A stretch of DNA of 60,761 bases, counting the filler, from Squatina squatina (lineage: Eukaryota): assembly GCA_031763465.1 (NCBI GenBank). It is 3 parts of 3 records of this genome, joined end to end, with 100 filler letters (N's around TTAATTAATTAA, not from the genome) between each part and the next. Parts side by side here need not be neighbours in the genome. Positions count along the whole stretch, not along the records: positions 29,784 to 60,761 come from JARFOE010000013.1; 2 more parts are not named here. One strand, given 5' to 3'. Positions 50,697-60,761 of the stretch are shown piece by piece (the first letter of the stretch is position 1; each line of letters begins with the position of its first letter). The translations under genes and the position numbers were made by a program. The notes beneath the pieces were generated by a model. That model searched no databases. It saw only the letters and a program-made list of their open reading frames with translations, and had not been told where the DNA came from.

Positions 50697-53339
50697 TACC
50701 ATAGTCACTGCACCACCAATGCTCTGATCTGCAAACTTTTCAGCCATGCAAATAAAAGAATCAGGCAGCCCAGAATGGTAAATACAGCAGATCGTTTTAG
50801 CCGCGCACCTCTATTGGAGGAACTTTTCTCATATCAAAAAATATAATAAGAGCCACCACTATTTTGGACTTTTGCACTTGTGTGCCATAATACTAGAATT
50901 CAGACACCAAAAGTAAAATCCACAGCTGAATTTTCAGATCTGTCGAGTCTCAGTTGTTTACAGTAAGTCACTGTTTTTTTGTGTGATGTGTCCCATTTCT
51001 GAGTAACTCTGTTCATTTTAATGGTATTATGAAACATTTCATTGCTTTCCTCAAAATTTCTCAGTTTCCAGCAGGCTGACCTTGACGACACTGAATGGAA
51101 CCAAATTCTAATCTGCACAGTTTAGAACAATCTAAAACAGGATATGGATCAGACACCATCAGATTATCATCTAACAGACACAGTCAGCAGTGTTGAGGGT
51201 CTGGGGAAACCAGGAAATTAAGCAGGGTTGATTACATTATGAATAGAGCAGACTCTGTGTCTGCCATTTCTCATCAGCTTCCTGTGACCTTTCAAGATGA
51301 ATGCCATTTCTTTGCCTATTGAAAATGCAACTGTCTTATTTCAATCATTGTAGATGAATGTTACATGATTCACATATCAAATTTGCAGCATGTATTATTA
51401 CACCTGTACAGTAACCACTACCCAACTAAAGCGGGTCTTTAACCACATGAAACTAAATCCTGTCCATCAGCACTGCTCCAATTGAGTGCTTAATCTCTAT
51501 TAGTTTGTCTTCCTTACTTATTCTCCCTGCGGTATCTGTTAATGTTTGAACAAATGTCTCGCTGTTGTTCACAAGAGGCCACAGATTAATGAAACCTGTA
51601 TGTACAATAGCTCACTATTGCTTCAGTTTCTATGCACAATTCCTTCAAATTTTATGTATTATGGTGCTCATTACAGTAAATAAAGATGTCCACCAGTGTT
51701 GTTTACGTGACAAGAATAAATCAAACATGTTTGTTCGCTGGTTCATAAACCTCACTTTCTTAGTCGCCCCTTGAGGCATTTTGCTTTGAGGAAACATTGT
51801 AAGACATTGTCCAATAATATAAGCCTAACTAAGCCATTCATCAATTTATCCACTCCCTCTCTGTGTTTTAATAGCTCCCCTGAAATCCTATCACTTTGCT
51901 GGAGGATTGATGTAAGTCTCGAGCAATTATCATAATTACAAGCCTGATTATCCACTAATTGCATTATGAGTATTTTGTTATNNNNNNNNNNNNNNNNNNN
52001 NNNNNNNNNNNNNNNNNNNNNNNNNNNNNNNNNNNNNNNNNNNNNNNNNNNNNNNNNNNNNNNNNNNNNNNNNNNNNNNNNNNNNNNNNNNNNNNNNNNN
52101 NNNNNNNNNNNNNNNNNNNNNNNNNNNNNNNNNNNNNNNNNNNNNNNNNNNNNNNNNNNNNNNNNNNNNNNNNNNNNNNNNNNNNNNNNNNNNNNNNNNN
52201 NNNNNNNNNNNNNNNNNNNNNNNNNNNNNCATTAACAAAATGAACCAAGGCACAATGGCATCTTGTAAAAGGGCTGCAAAGAATGTGAATTTCATTTCAA
52301 ATAGTTTCCAATTAAAGCAGTTGTATTCACATAAAAGCTATCTGTCACTTAAAGAGAATAAGACAAATTACATGCAAAGTTAAAACTCATTATAAACATT
52401 ATTATTCAGTCACATCTAAACAAATTTGAATTGGCTGTCTGGGAGGAGCAGGTTTGTTCAAATTAAATATAACATCAAATGCAAACCACCATAAACTTAG
52501 GCACAATTCAATAAACATTAAATAGTCCAAGAATGTCAGCTTCTTGAAAATGGAAGAGGTTTATCTTCAATTGTAGTATTGATGGTGCTGGTGGGGAATG
52601 GGTGAACCTCAGGATCTGCGGAACTTTAACAGGCATGAGTGCATTTTCCCTAGGGATCATTAGGTTCAAGCATGTTGCTTTCATTTTTGCCAACGTCTTA
52701 GTAATGTGCAATGAACAATCAGTTATTTTTATTTTCTTATATTGTGTGCTTTTTACCAGGCCAGTAAGCAGGTTATAAAATCAGTAAACTAACCCATGAC
52801 CTGTTGAAATCAGAGCTCATGATACTTGTATACAAAATTCATTTTATTTAGAGTAACATTTCTTAACCATGTTTCTTTTAACTAAAAATTTTCTTGAAGA
52901 ATTATTAAAAAANNNNNNNNNNNNNNNNNNNNNNNNNNNNNNNNNNNNNNNNNNNNNNNNNNNNNNNNNNNNNNNNNNNNNNNNNNNNNNNNNNNNNNNN
53001 NNNNNNNNNNNNTGTAATCTCCTGCAACAAAAATGGAATTTGACTTATTCGATCACCCTGAAACAGTGGCCTTGTATGAATGAATAACTGAATGAGGTCC
53101 AGGAGGATTGCCACCACCAGCACATACCCCCAAGTTTTCCACAGAAAGTGGGAGGAGAAGGTAGAACATGCTTGTTGTGGCAGAAGATAATGAATTAGTT
53201 TAGTTTCGTCTGGGGGGCGCTGAGACATTTTAATAATGCCCAGAATGACAGCCCTGGCATGTTGTCTAATGGTTCATTTTAGGAACATCAAAACAAACCA
53301 TTTGTTAGGCAGGATAATGCATGGCTTTGTGTGAGTTAG

Positions 53340-53795
53340 CTGAGGGCTGACTGTTACTGAGCGCAGGGCTCTGCCAGCAGGCAGCGGTGAGAGCGCCCCC
53401 TCGCTGCCGCCCTGTGGGACTGCCGTTCTCTTTGTGTGCAAGCTGGCGCCGCTCTCGTGCTCTCCTCGCTGTGTCACAGCGAAGCGCGTGGACGAGCTCA
53501 TCGGCTGCCGAAGGCTGACAAAACTACACCTTCTTCTCTTGTAAGGGCAGGGGGAGGGGGAAAAGTCAGGAAATTTCCTTCACCTGAAAAAAAAAGCTTT
53601 CCTACTGACTTGATTTTTTTTTTCTTCAAGTATTACTGGACTGCAAAGCGGGTTCTTTTGGAAGCAGAAAACTACAGGCTGCTGCTCTGCTTTTTTTGGA
53701 GAGTTCTCTTGCTGCAGACCACAAACGGATGTGAGGCAGGGAAGGTGTCTCTCCTCCCTCTCCTGTTTCTTCTCTCTCTCTCTCTTTCTGCTCTC
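53340..53795. promoter_or_regulatory. CpG-rich promoter/insulator-like segment with CTCF-like motif
   Basis: Local CpG/GC enrichment without obvious TE termini; minus-strand GGCAGCGAGGGGGCGCTC at 53391-53408 resembles the CTCF core; CT-rich tract before the gap. Confidence 0.45.
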
Positions 53796-56700
53796 NNNNN
53801 NNNNNNNNNNNNNNNNNNNNNNNNNNNNNNNNNNNNNNNNNNNNNNNNNNNNNNNNNNNNNNNNNNNNNNNNNNNNNNNNNNNNNNNNNNNNNNNNNNNN
53901 NNNNNNNNNNNNNNNNNNNNNNNNNNNNNNNNNNNNNNNNNNNNNNNNNNNNNNNNNNNNNNNNNNNNNNNNNNNNNNNNNNNNNNNNNNNNNNNNNNNN
54001 NNNNNNNNNNNNNNNNNNNNNNNNNNNNNNNNNNNNNNNNNCAATCAATCAGTTTAATGCAAGCCTGAGAGGGAGCAGTGTTGTGCAGGCACTTGGCTCT
54101 TTTTGGCTGGGGACAATAAAGTGGTACTGATGAGTTTTGAAGCGCATCGTATTGCATTGTAAGTGAACGTTGAGGCCGGGATATTGGGGGGAGACGATGT
54201 ACAGTAGACCTCGCTTTTTACAGCATGTTTTCCTTTTAATCACAGGAAATTTAGAGTAGTGAGTGAAATGGTAGTAAAACTACATTGATCTCAATAAACT
54301 AGTTCCAACTCATTTCCTTTCATTGTGTAGAAATTGTGACTGAACAGGTTGCGATAATTATGTGGCTCTGCACTGTCAGTGGATAGACTAACAGTTGTCT
54401 TCTAATATTTTTAAATCTCTGGGCAAGAAATGCAGCTTTCACTTTTTTCCATATGTGGCCCATTGCACATATAGTAATGGTCGGCGAAATGTTTCTAGCT
54501 CGTGACCTGTCCCGATGTTTTAGTGCCTACTTCATAACAAGTGAATAAACTTTAAAAATATGCTTTAGATTCAGTTGACTGATTTTTTTAGTGCATGCAT
54601 TATTTAAACATGAAGAACGGGGTACAGTTAAAGTGAATCAATTGTTAGGGTGTCAGTTTACAACGTATTTGCTTGTATTAGTTCAAATTAGTTTTAAACT
54701 GTATGAAACCTACTGTTTGGAAAGTGTCTTGTACAAGTGCCCTGTACGATTACTGAGTAGGAGGGCAATCCAAACAAGGCTGGTTATGGCAAATGTGTGA
54801 GATATCTCTTGTGTAAACAGACAAAAATGGATGGTATGCTGTTGTATGTGGGTCAGACTACAGGACAAACACAGAGGACCTTTCAGGAGCTGAGTATGAG
54901 GCATCAACAGATACACCTAGTTAAGTGTATGCATGGTGTGCGTATAACAAAATCGCAGTAAAAGAAATCAAACCTATTTATTAATATTCCAGAAACTAAA
55001 ATGCATGTATGCAGCAGATATTTCATTTAAACATCCGTGTTTCATTTTGTTTGATAGTGTATGGAATATAATACAAATATCTAATGTTAAATCATGAGAC
55101 AGTAATGAATCCAAATAAAATTACAATATAACCCACTGTAAATGTTAACATTATGTCTGGTGGTATCAATTCCATTTTAAGAGCATCTTATTTGAAATTC
55201 TTGTGAATTAGACTTTAAAGCTCATTTTCATCATACAATGAACATTATCTTTGGTGTCAGTGAGCTTGTTAGAGTTTACCTGTAATAATTAAAATTCAGA
55301 TTCTGATATGTACAGAAGAAGGTAGATCCTCAAAACTAGAAAACACAAAGTTACTACTTCAGTGGTGACATAAAGCATCATTGCCCCTTTTGTGAGCAGC
55401 ATTGTGCATCAAGAACAGGTGCACTGTCAGGTTGTGGTAGCATTAATGCTGCTAAAACAAGAAAATAAACCGATAAACAGAAAGTGTTCAGTTTTTGTAT
55501 GTGTGATGTACATATGAATATAATGCCCATGTATGCAACACACAGTTTTCCTGCCCCTTTTTTTTTTTTAAGATTATAACACACTCACTTATAGCGTGAA
55601 ACTGACTTTTGCCCGCATCTTCTCATGCAAAATGATGCATATCACATACAAAAATGAAATCAAACTTCAATTATAAAATGTTTAGCATCTAGCATGCAGT
55701 ATTTTATTTTGAAAGAGACCCAAAACTCCTATTATATGTGAAAAAATCATGTATTTAGTAAAAGTGAAAGTAACAGATGTAAATGTGAATTTAAGATTAC
55801 ATTTATAAATGCCTCATGGTTTATGATGTCATCTGAACCCCAAGATTGGATTACAGCCTTGTAATTCATGCTCAAGTATCCTTTGTTTTCTTTGTAATTA
55901 TCTACAATACATCTGAGGCTTCACTTGAATGAATGAATGAATGAAATATATAATTCATAAATTAATAAATTGTTTCACACAAATAATTTATTGAAAACAC
56001 AGGAAGGTGTTAAATACTCAGTTAATTTTCATGTACTAGTGGGCCCTGGTGCTTATCCAAATGCCCAACAGAAGTGTTACCTGTTATACATAACCTGCTA
56101 TTTTTCACTTAGCACAATTCTCAAAATTGTTGCAATTTGCCAGTTGTGAGCAAATAATTGTTAACTTGCCAATGCAATATATTTCCAGCAAATTCTAATC
56201 ACTGTTGTGTCCTTTCATTCAGCTTCATAGGATGCTGGTGATTTATTCAATTTATTTTATTGAAATTATCATTTTCTTTGTGAGCATTTGAGTGTTCTGA
56301 GTAAGGATTGACCTTTCTGAGTAAATGGTGCTGGGTGCAGTTTTCTCCAGTCAACCATATATCATTAGTAGCTATTGTGAATTGCCCAGGGTTGCTCTTT
56401 ACCATGTAAGAAGCCATTTATTTTCAGTCTTTTAAATACCATTTAACTTGTTGCAAAATACAGCAAATAACTAAAATAAATGTTGCAGGAGTAATTTAGT
56501 AACTGCATCTATTGACTTTTCAGAAAACAGTAACATTTGAACAAATAGGCTATTTAGAAAAGTACAGGTCATATAATGTAATAATCACATTTAGTGGTTA
56601 ATAAAAGAACCCAATCTGCACTCCCTTGATGGCTATAAAAAGCTGTTATGTTCATGGCATCAATTGGGATACAGCTGCTATGCGTTAATGATACATCATT

Positions 56701-57799
56701 GCCTGACTGATACACACAGAAAAGGTCAGACCTGAAGTGACCCTCAGAACACTTAACAAACTAATCTAGTTCTAAATAACATATTACCACCCCAGAAACC
56801 TAAGTATTTCTGGCATCACATTGGACAGTCCCAAGTAAATAGGTGCCAAGAAGAACTTCTATGGTGGTAATCAATGGGAACTAGAAAACAAAGAAGTCCT
56901 ACAAAGTTATATGTTCAAGTTTCTGTAACTTGAACCCTAAAGTCATTAAAATTAGGAGAGTGTGCAACGTTTTGATAGTTTTAAGAAAAGAGTAGTTTAA
57001 GATTTAATGCAAGAGAATTTTATTTCTGCATTTAACTGGATGTTTAAGAAATTCAGTTTATTCCTATTATCAAAGAGCATCGTTCTATTTGAGCATCTAA
57101 TTTTGCTGTTGACAATTGTGCATATAAATTTCCATAGTAATTTTTTTTATTGTTAATCCATTCTCAGTTACATTGCTTACTTAAAGAAGTTGTCTTCAGA
57201 TATGACATGTTTCAAGGACCTGTAAAGATCAAACCTAGACAACATTCCACTCTGCTTCAATTTTAAATAAACAGTAACCAAATTACATTAAAACCTTTTA
57301 AAGGAAACCACATGTGACTTTTTGGGGATGACTGGGGTAAAGATGAGTATTATATATTTAGATGCAACTCTGTTTAAATTATAAGTCAATGAGGGATGTT
57401 TTCTGGTAAAACATTCTGCTAAACAGAAAGCTATTCGAGAACACATCCTTGAGCAGAAGTGGTGCTACTTTAATCTGATTTTCTTTGCATTTACAGCAAT
57501 AAAAATCTATATGAAGACAAGAACATATTACTGTTCCATNNNNNNNNNNNNNNNNNNNNNNNNNNNNNNNNNNNNNNNNNNNNNNNNNNNNNNNNNNNNN
57601 NNNNNNNNNNNNNNNNNNNNNNNNNNNNNNNNNNNNNNNAAGGCCATGGTCTAATTGCTGCTTACACAGCTATTCCATAATGGTGTTGAATTAACCAAGT
57701 ATGGAGACAAAAAAGACCTAGAATTGAGACTCGACACTCAACATCTTCAACCAATTCACAGAAGCACTGAGTTTCCTTAAATTCAGAGAAGCGCTGAAC

Positions 57800-57957
57800 T
57801 TCCTTAAAACCTACCTCTTTGATCAAGCTTTGCGACACCTGTCTAGAAATCTCCTGATGTGGCTCTGTGTCAAATTTTCTTTGATGATGCCCCTGTGAAG
57901 TGCCTTGGGACGTTTTACTATGTTATAGGTGCCATATAAATGCAAGTTGTTGCTGTT
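57800..57957 (+). mobile_element. L2-clade LINE 3' end
   Basis: LKTYLFDQA ORF2 terminus, then CCTGTGAAG.GCCTTGGGACGTTT..GGTGCCATATAAATGCAAGTTGTTG tail. Confidence 0.75.
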
Positions 57958-58064
57958 ATATAGCCAAATGACTAGAATCTACCTCAGATGAAGTCGCGAT
58001 CAAACTGCACATTGTTCCATATCATCAGTAGAGTGTCTGGTTCAGGTTGCCAAGACACAAGGAA

Positions 58065-58460
58065 ACCATTCAAGTACTGGAGGCAGTGCAGAGAATAACT
58101 ACAAGACTGATCCCTCGTGTTCGAGGTTGGAGTTATGAGGAAAAACTGGAGAGATTTGGCTTTTCAGGGAATGTCTGAGAGATGATCTTAGAGGTATACA
58201 AGACAGATGATCTTAGAGGTATAAAAGACAATAAGTCGTGTGGAAATCCACAATATTACTTTAAATAGTGGTTCAAATTAGTATAAGCAACTTTAGGACT
58301 GATATCAGAAAGTTCTTCACTCGACATTTGGAATGGACTTCCTGCTGGAGTGGTAGAAGTAAAAAGACTGGGATGCATTTAACAAAACAAGTGGGTCTCC
58401 AATGGGGAGACAGAAAGGTTCTTCAGAATGTGCTGAATGGCTCTCCTCATCCCTAAACAT
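58065..58460 (+). mobile_element. Old CR1-clade LINE ORF2 C-terminal fragment
   Basis: IQVLEAVQRITTRLIPRVRGWSYEEKLERFG ... FRTDIRKFFT; contains a small ~26-bp internal duplication. Confidence 0.8.
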
Positions 58461-59718
58461 CTTGCAAATAAGCTTTTCTGTTAATACATAAGGATTTGCC
58501 GATGTTGTGAGGGAAACCAGTACAATTACGATGAAAGTACACAGATACCACTCATTGCAAAAACATGGCCACTTTATTCCAGACCTGTCCTGGTCTCTTG
58601 TTCTGCTTCCTGATTGTTGATTCTCAAAAGCATGCAACAGCCTGGGCCTTTCTAACACACTTATCAAGTCTAATATTACCTATTTGTCTTCAATAATCAC
58701 CTATTTCTGTCTGTATTTTTAACTTCCTCTACCTCCCTCTCTAAAGTCAGCAATTTCTGCAACTTTTTGCCCATCTGTTAAACATAGCTTGTTCTTTCAT
58801 AAATATCCCACAGCAAACATATCTCATGGCCTCCATCTGACATTTACTTCTTTCCTCTGTTCCACATTAAATCTCATTTATTATGTTTGCCTCATTTTTG
58901 CTTTTGATTTCCAAGTGTGCCCTATATTTCCTTGTCACCTCTTTTGGCCCCCTTTTAGTTAACCTTCTGTCAGATACACCCTCTATGAATAGTAAAGTGC
59001 AGTACTCCACATTTACATTTATATATTCTTGCTATAGGTGTAAAGTTGCTGTGGTAATGTAAACTGTGTTTTGCCTTTGCTTCTAAGTTGTTATTACAGT
59101 GACAGCAGTCAGTCAGTCCTTCTATAGAAGAAAAATTCTTCACAGCATTTGAATTTATTTGTACTTTCTACAGTTGTCTTGCATTATTTTCACATTATAT
59201 ATATCAATGCACAATTTCAGCTTTCAAGTCTTACACCTTTTCAATTCATAGTTTGGAAGATAGTGACAGTTTTGCTGTGAGGACTGCTTTGGCAGCTATT
59301 GAAGTTTTTACATGATGAGTATTTCAGCAGCTGCTTGCTCATGAATGAGAAATTATAAGTTATATTGTTAGTTTTAGACATGGTATTACCTTTTTAACAC
59401 AACAAAATATATGGCCCATGAATACATTGCGATGCTGCCATGCAGTAACAGTTTTGTTGTTTAAATGTTTATCAAATACAGTATAAAGCTGTTCACATTA
59501 AAAAATCGTGTTTGGTTTGTTGCCAGTAGTTAAGGGCAGGTTGGGTGGAGCGGACAAGGTATCTTCCAAGTGTTTGGATATTGGTATTTCCAGTTAGTTT
59601 AAATAACCTGAACTTTCATCTTTCTTGAGATACACCCCCACCCACCCAAATCTGTGACAATGTTAGCATCTTTGCTTTCTGTTCTTACTTGTTTCACGCT
59701 TCCCTCCTTCACTATTAG

Positions 59719-60000
59719 AAATTTGTGCAGTGTCCAGAATTTCGAAGAAGGAAATAGGTCGTTGCTTCAAGTTAATTCTGAAAGCTCTGGAAACCAGTGT
59801 GGATCTGATCACTACAGGAGACTTTATGTCCAGATTCTGTTCAAACTTGGGATTGCCTAAACAAGTACAAATGGCTGCAACGCACATCGCAAGGAAAGCT
59901 GTGGAACTGGATTTGGTACCTGGCAGGAGCCCAATTTCTGTGGCTGCAGCAGCTATTTATATGGCATCGCAAGCTTCGGCAGACAAAAGGACACAGAAAG
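59719..60000 (+). CDS. GTF2B: General transcription factor IIB, internal (penultimate) exon, cyclin-fold repeats
   Basis: ctattag|AA ATT TGT...CAG AAA G|gtattt, 282 nt: (E)[93 protein letters not shown]; nearly identical to vertebrate TFIIB. Confidence 0.97.
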
Positions 60001-60761
60001 GTATTTAGTCTACTAACTTGCTGTTAAAGAATAATCATATCTTGAGTTGGACCTAATCTGAAATGCATAACTTCAGAAGTTTTTCTTTAATGACCCTGCA
60101 AAATAAAGTGCTGTGGAGATGGGAAATGTTGGGTGCATTGAAGATAAATCCCCTGTTNNNNNNNNNNNNNNNNNNNNNNNNNNNNNNNNNNNNNNNNNNN
60201 NNNNNNNNNNNNNNNNNNNNNNNNNNNNNNNNNNNNNNNNNNNNNNNNNNNNNNNNNCCAAGACAGATGACTTTTTAAAAATATACACACAAGCAAAATA
60301 ACTGAGGAGTTGGAAGCCACACTTTGGAAATTTATTCCACAGAACCACCCAGCTGGCCAGAGCCTGCAACTACAACGTGACAGCTGACACAGCAAAATAG
60401 AATAGAAATATTAAAATAAGCAATTTACAAATGGTAAATGCTAATTGCTAATGCAAAATGCAAACTAGGAACAATCTGGAAAAAAAACTCAACAACAGAA
60501 AAATTTTGACCATATGGCAGCACTGAATTTCAAATCGTTAGGTATTTAATGTATCTTTGTAATAGAAAAAATGCATTTCATGAATCCATCTACTGCAAAT
60601 GTTGCCAGTTCAATTTAAAATGGTATTTATAAGGATTGCTGTTAAGTTAATCTAGTACAGTACATCAAAATTTAATTCTCAATATGTGTTTTCAAACACA
60701 ACAAAGCACCCTGCAGGCTTTTTGCCAAGAAAGCAGAGTTGTCCACTGTTGGAGTTCCTGT

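Noticed and set aside
51756-51879. Minus-strand candidate exon GELLKHREGVDKLMNGLVRL…
   Set aside because: Weak polypyrimidine tract and no recognisable homology
59730-60008. ORF-track 92-aa standalone TFIIB protein or retrocopy
   Set aside because: Bounded by canonical splice sites at 59719 and 60000; it is an internal exon

Overview
Eukaryotic, AT-rich vertebrate genomic DNA from a very fragmented draft assembly. It is almost certainly a cartilaginous fish (shark/ray), judging from HER1/CR1-type LINE tails, SacSINE1-like DeuSINEs and abundant Harbinger relics. The window is dozens of short contigs joined mostly by 100-N spacers; two spacers carry an artificial TTAATTAATTAA linker. No complete gene is present. 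Isolated spliced exons can be read by eye: the last coding exon of FADS6 (-), two Lys-rich phase-1 exons resembling triadin (-), two consecutive exons of a divergent SHCBP1-family gene (+), one RBM19 exon (-) and the 282-nt GTF2B/TFIIB exon (+). These genes are unlinked in human and their neighbouring exons are missing, so the window looks like a mosaic of unrelated loci. The rest is intronic/intergenic DNA rich in decayed transposons: CR1 and L2 LINE pieces, DeuSINEs, a two-gene PIF/Harbinger family (HARBI1-like transposase plus intron-containing Myb/SANT partner), GC-rich TIR/MITE families and a hAT transposase fossil. I found no convincing novel biological system. The best leads are the divergent SHCBP1-like gene, the triadin-like exons and the reconstructable Harbinger family. 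All homology calls are from recalled sequences, not database searches.
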